Assembly (NCBI RefSeq): GCF_006345805.1
Contig: NC_043006.1
Span: forward strand, 72,540,001 to 72,604,000
Direction: 5' to 3'
From: Octopus sinensis
Taxonomy: Eukaryota
Length of the DNA: 64,000 nt
Both the position numbers and the translations under genes were made by a program. The notes below the pieces were generated by a model. It was not told where the DNA came from. It did no database searches and saw only the letters and a program-made list of their open reading frames with translations. Shown here in pieces: positions 26,501 to 41,708 of the stretch. Position 1 is the stretch's first letter. Every line of letters starts with the position of its first letter.

Positions 26501-29500
26501 GATACCCCATGAGCCAAGTGGTAGTGTTGAAGCAAGCAACTATTTAAATCTGCTCCTCCAAAATAGGAACGGTCTATTTGATAGGCTTCCATACAGTATC
26601 TGATGGTTAAATTTTCATTCAGAAGGTTTCAGTTTATCCTGTGGCATAGTAGAATATACTTGGCCAAGATGCCATGCAGTTTAATTGAACCCAAAACCTC
26701 ATAGTTGTGAAGTGAACTTCTTAACCACATAGCCATGACTGGCATTCATGATGCTAACTCAATAATGGTGTAAACTTGATTCTCTCAGCCTTAGCACTGA
26801 GTTCATATGGATCTCATTGTGAATTGCTGTTTTATGAAAATTAAGAAAGTTATTTCTGTCACCACTTTCTCTTGCATCAAAAACAAGATAAGATCCATTT
26901 GTCCTTTGTCGCTTATAACTATCACTAATTAATCATAATTCTATCTAATACCATGAATGTATTTTCATGTTTCATAGAGTTACCATGAAGAGTATCCAAA
27001 CGTTAAGATGAAATATTATATAACAATCTCTCTTTGATTGTATTGCTACTCTATGGTTACTCTATATAAATATTAACAATGAAAAGAAGTATTACTGTTT
27101 TTTTCTTTATTGTTACTTTTTCCATTTTTAAGTTATTTATTGCATTATTTCAGGAATGAAGAAATAGTGATGCCTGCAGAACACACTGGATTGGTGAAGG
27201 AAAATTATTTGTGGAAAGTAAGTAAAATATTTGACCACTTCTTCAAATCATGAAAATAAGAGATTTATTTTTTTTAGCGATTTTATTTTATGAGAACAAA
27301 GTGAAAGTTTTGTGATGGTAGTATATAGAAACCTTATTAGAGAATACTTTGAAGGATTCTGCTAGGATATTGTTTTGTTTTTAAATGGTTTAGTCAGAAG
27401 AAGGAGAGCAGTGTTCATAACCTTCATTAAAGTCTCTGACTCTTGTAACAGGATCAGTGGAAGTTACTCTCATATTGGAGACATGGATCAAACGTTTGCC
27501 ACAGACTGAACTCTTACTAAATGCGCTCAAAGACTATGCAGTGATGTGTGATGTTAAACCGGCTTTTAGATTATATCTATCATCCAAGACCAGGAACAGT
27601 TTCTTTGATAGGCTTCCACACAGTTTCCATGTACCAAATTTCTTATAAAGTCTTTGGGCCAACCTAAGGCTTTTGTAGAAGACATTTGCTTGGGTTGCCT
27701 TGCTGTGAAGTCATATCTGAAATACAGCTCTGCCTCCCTTTTTAGTTATTATCAAAATAACTCTTGTTGATGCAAATCACTTTTATCATCAACGGTTTCT
27801 TGTGATTATTCATAGTTGTATGGTTAGGAAGTTCACTATGATTCCAGGTTCAGTCTGACTATATGACACCTTGAACAACTGTCTTCTGGGCTAACCAATA
27901 GCTTTAAGTGACTTTGATCAACAGAAACTGTATGTGTGTGTGTGTGAATATTGACATTACACAACTTCACTTGTTGCCACTGTTGATATGATGTCTGCAT
28001 TCTTGTGCTTTTGAAGATGTGAATTAAAAAAAAAATCCTCTTAGTGGAAAAATGAGTAATGGTTGTCAACAAGAAGAGGATTCAGCTGTGAAATCCAGTT
28101 TCAAATATGTCCCTGTCCAACCCCTGCTCATCATGATCGTTGTTTAACATCCATTTTCCATACTGGCATAGGTTGGATGGTTTGGTAAGCCACAGGGCTG
28201 CTTCAAGCTCCAATTTCAGCTTTGGTGGGATTTCTATGGTTGGATGCTCTTCTTAATGCCAACCACTTTACAGTGTGTACTGGATGCCTTCTTCATACCA
28301 CAGGAACAGGAGATAGTGTTTTAGGTGGCTTTATGTCGGGTGTTAAGAGGCTGAAGTATGATAAAGGGACAAGCACAGGTGTCTTGCTATAGAGAAGACA
28401 CATGACTACCCTACATTATATAAGGGTGGGTGGGAGTAGCTAGGTAGAAAATAAAGATGGTAATGAGGCAGTGCCAGAGAAAGCTCTCAAGGTGGATAAA
28501 ATGGATGTCTAATGACCAAACTAATGAATTTTGTGTTAGTCGATTCATTGAACATGATAAATATTTCTATTATTTTATTATCGTTTCAGGTTCTACTCAA
28601 AAGGGGAAGTGGCAAGGAAGGGTCATTTATACATGCTCCCACAGGTTCTTTTGACCATGAGTTATTCACTCTAGCTTGGGGGCCAACAGTTGCTGCTCTT
28701 TCATTTATCTTTGACAAAAGTTCAGATGAAGGCATCATACAGAAAGCAATCTCAGGTTTCAGGCAAGAACTATTTACTTTTCATTCTTTTCTCTTCCTTT
28801 AACATTTTCACTTAGTCATCCTCTGCAGGATTTGAACTTAGACTGAAAATAAGCATAATTAAATATTACAAGGCATTTTTAAAATACTTTGTCCAGTACT
28901 TTGTTTCTGCTAATTACTGCCCTCAATATGTAATTATAAATAATAATTAGAACAATATTAATGATTAAGTGGGATATTAGCCGAGTCATTAAGGCAGTGG
29001 ATAGAATGCCATGCTGTATTCCTTCTAGCTCTTTGCACACCAAAATTGAATCCTGCCTAGGTTAACTTTACATTCAATCTTTTTTGTGATTAATGAATAC
29101 ATATTTCTTTATTACCCACAAGGGGCTAAACATAGAGGGGACAAACAAGGACAGACAAAGGTATTAGGTCGATTACATTGACCCCAGTGCGCAACTGGTA
29201 CTTAATTTATCGACCCCGAATGGATGAAAGGCAAAGTTGACCTCGGCGGAATTCGAACTCACAATGTAACGACAGACGAAATACTGCTCAGCATTTTGCC
29301 CGGTGTGCTAACGTTTCTGCCAGCTCGCCGCCACAGATTAATAAATACAGTACCAGTCCAGAGTGGTGCTTTGGCAGAATTGTTAGAGCTTCGAACAAGA
29401 ACAAGATGCATTGCAGTATTCATTCAGAAAACTTTATGTTCTGAGTTCAAATTCTGCCTAGGCACCAATGGCCAATGCTAAGTACCCCTTCAAACATGCA

Positions 29501-32500
29501 ATTGGCCAACATCAAGCATAGATAAACTAGCGACAACATATTGGGGCTTCATCCAGCAGTGGATCATTAACAAATGAATGGAATGCGAAAATGATTTGGG
29601 AGTATGAACATGCCTACAAGTAGCTGATGAAATTACTTCAGACAAGTATATTACTGCTACTAAGTGCTTACATTATTTATCCAGGTGTTGAGATTTAACT
29701 CATAACCAGACTAAAATAGTTCTGATTAATTCTTATAAGTATAATCCAGTACTCTGCATTTTAGATATTTTCAAGTGTTCCTGTTAGATTTTGTAGCATA
29801 TTAGCTGTTTAAAATATTAACCTTAATTTAAAATATTCATGGTTTCATTTTGTGTATGCTGTGAGGAAGGGTGTTTGCTGTCCACAGAGATAATTTTCTT
29901 TTCTTTTTCGTCTTTTCCAGGAAGTGTGCAATGATCTCTGCTCATTATGGTATGAGTGATGTATTTGACAATCTCGTTATCTCACTCTGTAAATTTACAA
30001 CATTACTTAGTTCTGCTGATGTAAGTAATTTTGTCTTTTTATTACTCATTGTCTCTGGAATTCCTTCAATATTATCATTTAACATTCGTTTAATCAAGCC
30101 AAACTATGGTTAATGATATTCTATCCATGACCATTCCATATTATGAGTTGAGGACTACATTAACCAATGTGTCCTTCCTTTTCAAAATGGTAGAGTGTGA
30201 CTAGAGGAAGATTTTTAGCATAGCAAATGACACTTTTGCTTGGGGTCCCTCCATGTTGTTGGAGTGGCTGTAACTGGGTCTAATTTAACAAGCTTTTAAT
30301 GGTGCAGTGCATGGTTTGTCATAAGCAATTTTAGGAATATTATCCTTAGATTTGAGTTTTTAACCTCAGTGAAGACTTAACTGCAAAGTCTGTAACTTAC
30401 CTAAAATAAATATTCAGACTAGTGAAATGAAGTGGGATTTTTCATCTTCATTCTGGAGTTCATTTGAATATCATCATGTCTTCATTAATTAATCAAATGT
30501 TTTCATTTAAATGAAAATGGTAGAGCAATTTGTTGACTTGATTATTGCATACTTTATTAACTTTTTTTATATTGTAGGCACCTGAAAACATTTCAGTCTC
30601 TTTTGGTGGTAATTCCAAGGCTCAGCTTGCTGCAAGAACTGTTTTTGGACTTGCTCATCGGCATGGTGATATTTTAAGAGAAGGCTGGAAGAATATTCTT
30701 GACTGCTTGTTACAGCTCTATCGAGCAAAACTTGTCCCCAAAAGCCTCATAGAGGTAACTGTTATTTTATACTTTTCCAATTTATGAACATGAATGGAGT
30801 ATATCTTTTATAGAATTTTCTTTTTTTTTTTTTCATTCTGTCTTACATCCATTTTCCTGAGCTAGCATTCACTTAAGGAGTGTTTATTATCATTGTTGGA
30901 ACAATTACTTTTAAAACTTTGTATCTTTCTTAAAGCTAACCAACTCATCAATCATTTTTCTTACTACTGAATTCCCTTATTTATTCTTCATATATGAGGA
31001 TTTTTTTTGTTCCATATATCTTTGAAAGCACCAGAGCAAACCAATGACAACAAACTTTCGTCTTAGCTCAGCACCTTTCATACAATGAGAAGAATGTGAA
31101 CAGTCATATACACACACAAATACACATACATGCATACGCATGCATACAAAGGGCTTCGTATAATTTTCATCTGTTAAATTCACTCAGAAAGTATTAGTCA
31201 GTCCAGAATTACAGTAAGACTGAACTCAGAACCCTCACAGTAGAACTGAACACAAAAGCATGTAGTTGAGAAGTAACTCTTTTAACCATGCAGCCATGCC
31301 TAAAATTAAAATATGTGATGAAACGTTTTTCTTGCTATGTTCTTGAATAATTATAGAGGAGAGAAGTTATAGAAGAAAATATTCAAATGAAACACTTGAA
31401 CATTTTTATGAAGTTTCACAGTTGTAATTGTTGAGGTGTCTAACTTAGATGATTCTTTTAAATCTAGCCTCTCCTTGGTGTTCGTACAAACTATTGATAT
31501 TTACCATGTTTAGCCTCCGTTAGCTAAATATGGCTCATAGCATAACAGTTTGTATGGTTTTCTAATTCTTTTCTGGTTTCTCTGTCAGGCAAGCTTTGTT
31601 TTGTTTTTGACATTTATTGTTTGTTTCTTAGGTGGAAGATTTTGCCGATGATAAAGGAAAGATCTGTATTATGAAAGAAGAGACTACTTCTACAAGCAGG
31701 TTAGTATTTCATTTGTAAATCAAGTTATTAGTTGGATAATGATCATATAAGGTTGTAAGGAAGCAGTGAGACTGAGGAAAAGATAGAAAGAAATGAAGAG
31801 TAACAAAGAAGAAATAAGTATTAGTGGGAGGATAATAGTCAAAGTAAGGAGATAACCCATGAAGCCACAGGCGTATTTGAAAAACAAGGAAGGAATGGAC
31901 TTTGGATCAGGAGAAGGGGACTAGTTTCAGTCATAAGACTGCAGCCACACTGGGGCACTGCTTTGAAGAGTTTTTAGTCAAATGAATCAATCCCAGTACT
32001 TTTTTTTAAGTCTGTTATCTACTCTGTTGGTGTCTTTTGCCAAACTGCTAAGTTATGAGGACATAAACCAACACCAGTTATCAAGCACTGATGGGGGACA
32101 CACATATATATGACTGGCTTCTTTCAGTTTCCATCTACTAAATCTTTCGTCAGCCTGAGGTTATTGTAGAAGATACTTGCCCAATGTGCCCCACAGTAAG
32201 GTAAAACCCGAACATTGTGGTTGGGTGGTTAAGAAGCAAACTTCCCACTACACAACCACACCTGTGCGATTTATTTTTCTTTTGGTTTTTTTTTCTTTTG
32301 GTTTTTTTTTCTTTCTATATTTATTTGTATTCAGTAAAAAGTTATGCTGAGTTACAAAAGACTAGGAACCATTGCTCTAAATTATTTTCACTAAATGACT
32401 GTTTCTCTACGATTTCTTTCAGACCAGAAACTGGAATGCTTAGTTCCTTCTATGGATTTTTTGCATTATCAGAATCTGCTAACACTAAAGGTCCAACACC

Positions 32501-35500
32501 AGAAGAACAAGAAGCCACTGAACAGGCTCGCAATTGCATTCATGATTGTCACCTTGAACAGCTGATTATGGACAGCAAGTTTCTACGGGAAGAAGCTCTG
32601 CAAGAGCTGGTTAAGGTGGCTTAAATTAATGGATTTCTTTCTCTCCCCATCTCACGTCCCTCTCTCCCCTCCTACCCTCTCTCTCCCTTCCCATTCTTCT
32701 GTCATCTCTCTTACCCTCCCACCCACATAGCCATGTCTGCCCCTATATATGTGTATGTGCAGCATTATTTCTATGGTAGGCTTTCTACAGCTGAATGCCC
32801 TTCCTGAGGCTGACCCCTCACCAATTTCCAAGCAAGGTGATGTTTTTCCCCTATCTAAGGGGCATACAACTTTATATTTATACACATACATAAATCCAGC
32901 CACAGAAAATGTACCTCCACAAATTTCATCCAACCCATATGAGCATGGAAATGTGGACATTAAAATGATTATGTTGGTGACATTTGATTAGTCCATTCAT
33001 AAAAGATGGTCTTGATCCTCTTTTATTCTCTCATAAACTATACCCAGTCATTTGGGGCGAGATGACATTGCTTCTTTTTTTCTATGACCCTTTCTTTGTG
33101 CTTTTTCATTTTTTCAACATCTTACAATCTTTTCTGTGTATTTCAGACACTGCTCATTGGTTCCCAGGTGCCAGATTCTGACGAAGCCCTCTGCATGCAA
33201 GGAGATGAGGATTCTGCTGTGTTTTTCCTTGAGCTTCTTATAAAAGTAGTCTTGCAAAACAGGTTTGTAATATCTACACACTGTACATTGTAATAGGAAT
33301 CTACAAATAACATTCTTTTATTCTTTTACCTGTTTCAATCCTTTGACTGTGGCCATGCTGGAACACCCCCTTGAAGAGTTTTAGTTGAACAAATCGCCCC
33401 CAGGACTTATTTCTTAAGCCTAGTAGCCTAGTACTTATTCTATTGGTATTTTTTTGCTAAACTGCTAAGTTACAGGGACGTAAACACATCAGCACCAATT
33501 GTCAAATGGTGATGGGGGACAAATACATACACAAAGACACACACATACAATGGGCTTCTTTCGGTTTCCGTCTACCAAATCCACTCACAAGGCTTTGGTC
33601 AGCTCAAGGCTATAGTAGAAGACACTTGCCCAAGGTGTCATGCAGTGGGACTAAACCTGGAACCATGTGGTTGGGAAGCAAGCTTCTTACTACATAGCTT
33701 TCACTTTTAGTCACCAGCTTTGCTACCACCACCATCATTGTCATCATTATCATCTCAACACTATCAACAGCATCAATTTTCCTCCTGATGGTTGGTTGGT
33801 TAGTTGGTAAGCCACCTCACACTTTGAATTCTTCCCTGCTTCAACTTAGTAGCAGGACCTTTATCCTTTTTCTCTGTTCTCTTTTTATATCTTGCAAGTT
33901 ACTTAGTCACATCATTAGTGTCAATAAGATGGTTGGCATTAGGAAGGACATCTAGCTATAAAAACCATACCAAAGCTGGCACTGGAGCTTGGCATATCTC
34001 TGTGGCTCACTGGATCTTCTCAAGCCATCTACCCATGCCAGTGTGGAAAATGGATGTTAAATGATGATCATGATGATGACGACATCTCATCAGCTGATTC
34101 TCACCTGAAGCTGTGATATGTTTATTTCCTTGTTAACTTCGCAACTGGTCACTGTACTTTCAAAGACAGGTTGAATAAAAAAACTTTTACTCGTAAAACA
34201 GGTCAGAGTTGGAAACAGGAAGGGCATTTGATTATAAAATGCTATCTCATAGTACTTGTCAGCTATCAGACCTGTCCCTGTATTTAGCCTTGGATGGAGC
34301 TTACCAGATAAATTCCCGTTCAACCCATGCCAGCAAGGAAAAATGGACATGAAATGAATGAATGACCTAAGAATTATATTAACTGATTTGGTTTTTTATC
34401 AACTTCAAATGCAATTGTTTCAACATTCGTTTATCTGTTTACAGGGATAGAGTGACAATAATCTGGCAAGCTGTTCGAGATCACCTCTACAACCTTATTG
34501 TGATGCTACTGATCATACATTCCTAGTAGAAAGAGCTGTTGTTGGTCTTCTTCGAATTGCCATACGCCTGCTCAGGAGAGAAGAGATAGCTTCCCAGGTA
34601 AGTCATGCAAATAAAACTGAAATTCCATATTATTTCTGTTGCCTACAGACTTATATATACTGTAATCACCAATTCGTCATCATAATGAATTTATTCAATT
34701 GTCAGACTCCCAAGATTTCCAGTACTTAATATTCTTTTACCATCACATTAATATTAAATTTTTTCATATACTTCTATAAATTAAACCTCTCTGCCTGTCT
34801 ATTTATTTGTATCTCTTTATATATCTCTTTCTATGTATTTATATTTCTGTCTATTTATCTTGTATTTTTCTATCTCTCTCTCTCGCTTTGTTGTAGGTCC
34901 TTGCTTCACTACGTATCTTGCTAATGATGAAACCAGCTGTGATCCATTCCATCTGCCAGCAAGTGGCATACGGTCTTCATGATCTTTTGCGCACTAATGC
35001 TGCCAACATTCATTCAACGCAAGATTGGTACACTTTGTTCACAGTTCTTGAAGTAGTTGGAGCAGGCGCTAAACCACCAAACTTTATGCAGTTATGTACC
35101 TCTAATGCTACAAATGATGCTGCAACAGACTCTGGTACATTTGACTAATAATTTTCCTTAAATATTTTCTTATCTTAAACTTTGGACATTCTTTAACCAT
35201 CTTAACTAGTAATAACTGTTTGAAATAATGTTAGTTAAATATTTTTGTGTGCAAGTAACCATTCTAAACTGAAGCATAGACCTTTTTCTTTTCTTTTTTT
35301 TTTTACTAAGGAACAAACCTAAGATAGTGGTGGGGAGGGCAAAATTTGCTTTGAGACTCTTAATCTTGGGGCCGTGGGTTCATGCCCCATGCTGGGCATA
35401 ATTTATTTTGTCCAACCCATGCTAGCATGGAAAGCAGACGTTAAACGATGATGATGATGTAAACCATTGTATTTTGCAGGAGCTCAAAGTGACAGTGAAG

Positions 35501-38500
35501 TTCAAAGTGTGAACATTCCATCTGAATCAGGCGAGAGAGGCTACACATCTGATAGCGAGTTATATGACACTCAGTCAAAACACCATCGAACCTGTCATAC
35601 AGAATTAGAAGTTAAACCTGCCCCAGACAATGTCAGTTGGCTCATGGTATGTGTTGTGTTTTCTTTTTCTTGTTTAGAACCAAGGTTTGTTTTGAAGCAA
35701 AATTATTTTATATTAAAGCCTCAGATTTTTCTGGAAGCATTTATTTCATTTTAATTGCAAAAATTTGCATGAAAAAAATTCCTCAGTAAAAAAAAATTAC
35801 CTCAGTTAAATACATTTTAAATAGTAGTGAGTGCTCTTATTGCTTTTCGCCGCCTTGACTGGCTTCTGTGCCGGTGCATGTAAAATGCACCAATCCGATC
35901 GTGACTGTTGCCAGCTTCGCCTGGCACGTAAAAAGCACCCACTACACTCACGGAGTGGTTGGCATTAGGAAGGGCATCCAGCTGTAGAAACACTGCCAGA
36001 TCAGACTGGAGCCTGGTGTAGCCTTCTGGCTTCCCAGATCCCCGGTCGAACCGTCCAACCCATGCTAGCATGGAGAACAGACATTAAACGATGATGATGA
36101 TTATCATCATTGTCATTATCATCGTTATTATTATGGTAGCATACCAGGCAAAATACGCATCAGCATTTTTTCCAGCTTTACATTTCTGAGTTAAAATGCT
36201 GCCACAGTTGACCTTGCCTTTCATCCCTCCAAGATCAGTGAAATAAGCACTAGTTAAGCACTGAAGTCAATGTAATCAGCTATCCTCCACCCCAAAATTT
36301 CAGACCTTATGCCTATAGCAGAAAGGATTATTATTTTTATTATTATACTGCTAGATGCCCACACAAATGATTTGTTTTCAGTGGTGAATGCTTATGTAGA
36401 ACCAACCGCATTTTTTATGGAAATGCAGATAGAAAATTGGTGCAAATGTTTGCTACAAACTCAATGAACAACATACCACAGGTTTTTCTGTTACAGTTCT
36501 CCATCTCCTGGATTAATTGCCTTTACCACAGCATAGAGTGCAACTCACTCTGGTAGGCTAAATGTCCACCTGCTGGGCTGGTTGTCTTTACTTCAGCATG
36601 GAGTGCAACTCACTCTGGTAGGCTAAATGTCCACCTGCTGGGTTAGTTGCTTTGCATGGTAGGCTAAATATCCACCTGGGTACCTAAAAAAAGATTTAAG
36701 TCCTTTTATGGGTTTTGTTTTTCATCCCGCAGGGTGGCCAAAAACCTCCTTACTCACTAAGTAGGCTTGGTGGTGTTGCCAGTTTAGTCACCAATGGCCT
36801 GACCATGCAACATGTTATACCGGGGCACATGTTACTAGTAGCACATACAAACATTCAGCCTTAAATTAAAAAAAAAACTTTCTTGTAATGAAGTGACTGT
36901 CATACATTCTTAAATCTAAAGTAAATAGCATTTAGAACGTTTTTAGTTACTTTTAACACTGATCTTTATGAGCTTTGCTTTAATATAATCAAAAAGAAGT
37001 ATTTCAGGTCAGTGATAAATACAAATTCCAAATACAGTGTAGCATTCATTTAGAAATTTCTCAAAAGTAATTTACCATTTTGTACTTTAACGTTTTATGT
37101 ACTATTTTTGTCATTTGCTTCAGGTGGAGAAAGAAGTTGTAAGCACTGGTTCTACAAATTCTTTGACTTCCCCCACCACCCACCGTCCTCCACGTAACCA
37201 ATACTCTATTGATCTCAACGAAGATATTTTTTACTGTGATTCTAAAGCTTTACTCCGGTCGTCAGAAACGTTGGCTTTTCTGGTACGAGATGCAGTACAT
37301 GTAACACCACACAACTTTGAAAGCTGTATTCATGCCATCCGTGCATTTGTTGAAGCTAGTATCAATGGAGGTTAGTAAAATATCTTGCTCCTATATTGAA
37401 CCATTCGTGGTTTTCAACTACTACTATTATTTTCATGTCAACCTGCTGTAAGAATTCATAAAATACTGTATATATAATAATAATAATATAATAATAATAA
37501 TATTATTGTATACAGTGCTCAGGTGCACATCTTGTCAGAAAGTGCATATAGAGTGTATGTAGTAATGTACAAATGTCTGGAAAGCAAACAGTGTATGAGT
37601 TAGATACATGCTTGCGTATGTATGGAGGGAAGAAAATCAGGTGTAGTGTTGGTGAATCTCAGGAAGCATGGAAGTTTTGAAGGATGCAGTGCTCTGACAA
37701 CTAACAACTGATGCCGGCAGTTTGTTCCATGCTTCAGCAAATCTTAGTGTGAAGAAATGTTTCTGAAAGTCGTGGGAGCTGTGCTGTTTTCTAACTTTGT
37801 AAACATGTCCACAGGTGTTAGACAGATGGAGTTTGAAAAGGTGCTCAGAGTTATTGTTTGTAAGATGGTTAATAATTTTATGGGTGTCTGCCAAGTCAGC
37901 TGCCAGATGTCGGAGTTTTAATGTGTCCATGCCCATATAATCAGAATCAGTTCAGATTGATCCTTTCACATTACATTATTAGGAAAATTTAGGGGACGAT
38001 ATGAGGTGGACTATTGTGAAGTGAAATCTTGTCTTTTTTGCTTAATTTTCTTTTTGTATATCAATAACTTCTCTCTCTCTCTAAAACAATTTTGTCTTAT
38101 CTAAGGTTAACTAGGATTGTCTGTAAAGTAGAAACATGAATTCCATTATTTTTGGAAACTCAGACAAGAGTTCTATGACAAAATAAGTTTGCAAACCACT
38201 GCATTAGGGTATTGCATTACTTCAATCTCTCTGACTATTAGCACTTGTGCTAGGAGATAAAAAAAAAGCCACCAGCCTTATAGAAAGATCTCTCTGAAGT
38301 CCACTTTCCCTGATGAATTTAATGCTTAGATCCAGGTTCAATTCTACTTTGTGTCACCTAGGGCAAGTGTCTTCTATTACAGCCTTGGGCTGACCAAAGC
38401 CTTGTGAGTGCATTTGGTAGACAGAAACTGAAAAAAAGCCCATCGTGTGTGTGTGTATCTTTGTGTCTGTATTTGTCCCTCACCACCTCTTGACAACCGG

Positions 38501-41084
38501 TGTTGGTGTGTTTATGCCCCTGTAACTTAACAATTTAACAACAGAGACCAGCAGAATAAGTACTAAGCTTTAAAAAAAAACTGGGGTTAGTCATCGTAAT
38601 AAAAATTCTTCCAGGTGGTGCCCCAGCATGGCTGCAGTCTAATGATTGAAGCAAGTGAAAGATAAAAGATACACTTAGTACCACCTTAAACTTTTCCCTC
38701 TTGAGCCTTGAAATCAAATTTACTCGAAACACCAGACACCAATCATAAACTTTTTGAGTTCTCTGTCAACTGCAATAATTTCACACAAACACAACTGCTG
38801 AGAATAAGAACAAATTAAAAATTTTTGTTAGATACATATTTTGCTGCTTGCAAATTTGGCAATTACCCAAAGGATTGGTTTAAATTGCAAGTTTTTTTAG
38901 CTTACTCTTTTATTTGTTTCAGTCATTTGGCTGTGGCCATGCTGGAGCACTACCTTTAGTCAAACAAATCGACCCCAGGACTTATTCTTTGTAAATCTAG
39001 TACTTATTCTATCGGACTTTTTTGCCAAACCGCTAAGTTACAGGGATGTAAACACACCAGCATTGGTTGTCAAATGATGGTGTGGCGACAAACACACAAT
39101 GGGCTTCTTTCAGTTTCTATCTACCAAATCCGCTTGCAAGGCTTTGGTCGGCCTGAGGTTATAGTAGAAAACACTTGCCCAAGGTGCCACACAGTGGGAC
39201 TGAACCCGGAACCATTTGCTTGAGAAGCAAGCTACTTACCACACAGTCACTCCTGCGCCTGTACTTACCACACAGCCATTCCAGCATCTAATTTATTTAT
39301 TTATTTTTTTAGGACAACAAAAAAATATTTGTAAAACTACTCAAACTCCCCGTGATAAGAAACATCATTCTAAATCAAACCGGCCAAAGAAAGAACAATA
39401 CAGAACAAAAAGATCCTACTCTAATGCCAGCCAGCAGAATCAGACGCAAATTTCTGATGATGAAAACGACAATGAAACATTGGCTGCTGGCTTACACTCT
39501 CTCTCCATTCAGGTAAATTATTATTTAGAGTATTTAAACGGTTTTTTTCCACCCTTTTTATTATAAATGCAACTTAGTTCTTAGAAGATTAGGTTGTATA
39601 TAAATTATAAAGCTTATTAATCTGTTTCTAAGAGAAAAAAAAAATCATGATTATATATGAATTTAATATTTTTTTTATGTATTGCAAAACAGTTGCTGGA
39701 CTTGATGCACACTTTGCACACAAGGGCTGCATCTATCTTCAGTTATTGGGCAGAGGAAGGCAATTCTAGTGGAGAAGTCAGTGATGCCGCTATTGATGCT
39801 GGTACAAGTACTCTGTGGGCAAAGTGTTGGTGCCCTCTTTTACAAGGTATGCGCAAATCTCTAATTCACAGGCACTAACTTATCTTTATTTAATTCACTT
39901 TATTAAACAACTCTTTTCCCCAAATTTTGTTGTTCAATTATTTTAAATCACTTATAGTTAATAATGTGTAATTGCTTAATTATTGCAAAGTATTCATTAT
40001 AAATTATGAAGACAGTTTGAAATGGAAATTGCTGCTACAAAAAACAGACCTGGTTATATTTGATTTATGTAAAATTTACTGTTGCTGAAAATTAATTAAG
40101 GAAAAATATTACTACCATTCTTTTGATAATCCTTTTTTTTTTCTCCATATTTCTGTTAAATCACTGCTTCTATTTCAATTATTTTGAAACATAAATTAAC
40201 ATGAAATTTTGATAGAAGATTTTAATTTAGCAAGTTTGTATTTTAGAACCACAATCAACTCAGAAGGGTTTTGTTATCAAAAGGATTCAGATAAAACTTA
40301 CTTTTGCTTCCAGTCAACAACACTAAATAGCAGTCTGTCATTTCTTTATCTTGATAATTGATATGCGTATCATATTATTTGTCATCATTTTCAGGAATTG
40401 CTCGGCTGTGTTGTGATTCTCGTAGACAAGTTCGAAGTCAAGCCCTCACCTACCTTCAAAGAGCTTTACTTGTCCATGATCTTCAGACTCTTTCTGCTAG
40501 TGAGTGGGAAGCTTGCTTTAATAAGGTGTGTATGGAACTTTCCTGTTTTGACATTTTCTATGAAGATTTAGGATTATGTGAATCGGGTGTGTTAATGTTG
40601 AAAAAAATCAACTAAATACTGAGACTAAATTTCTGAAAATATCTAGTAAAATAGGTTTTAAGTGAATGGTTATTGAACACAGAGACCTGTGTGACAGATG
40701 AAATAAGGCAATATTAAATTCATGCTTCATATATATATATATATATATATGGTGCAGGGCTCAGTGGTTAGAGCATTGGGCTCACAATCATGAGGTAGTG
40801 AGTTCGATTCTTGGACTGGGCTGTGTGTTGTATTTTTGAGCAAAACTTTATTTTCACATTGCTCCAGTTTACTCATCTGTAGAAATGAGCTGCGATGTCA
40901 CTGGTGTCAAGCTGTATTGGCCTTTGCCTTTCCCTTGGCTAACATTAGTGATGTGAAGAGGGGAGGTTAGTATGCATGGGCAACTGCTGGTCTTCCACAA
41001 GCAACTTTGCCCAGATTTGTGCTTTGGAGGGAAACTTTCTAAGTGCAATCCCTTGGTCATTCATGATCAAAATGGGTCTTTATC

Positions 41085-41125
<41 letters not shown>

Positions 41126-41674
41126 TATATATATATATATATATATATGCATATAAAATATTGAAATTTTTGTTTTAAATTATACTGAATGATGTAAAAC
41201 CAAAAACTTGAATCTTTATCACTAAATATTCAATATACTTTGTATATTCAATAAACTACAAATGTTTTTGCAACTGTTTCTTTGAAGGTTCTCTTTCCAC
41301 TTCTCACCAAACTGCTAAGTAATATAAATAGCCAGGATCCTTCTGGAATGGAAGAGACCCGTGTCAGAGCATCAACGTTAATCTGTAAGGTGAGTTGGCT
41401 AAGATCATTTTACAATGTAACATTTTTTTTTGTTTTTTAAATTTTATATCAGTCATTGGTTGTAGGTGTCCAAAGGGCCAGTCATTGGTTCGTTACATTT
41501 CCAAACATGAGAATAACAAGGGGATGTTTGTGTAAGTCTTCCTGAATAAATAGGCACGGGTTATTTGTTTTTTTGTTTGACAAATACAGATTTATTAACA
41601 ATTTCTTGCCAATATATATATATATATATAAACTTGTATACCAATACAAGCATGCACACAATTACACACATACG

Positions 41675-41708
<34 letters not shown>

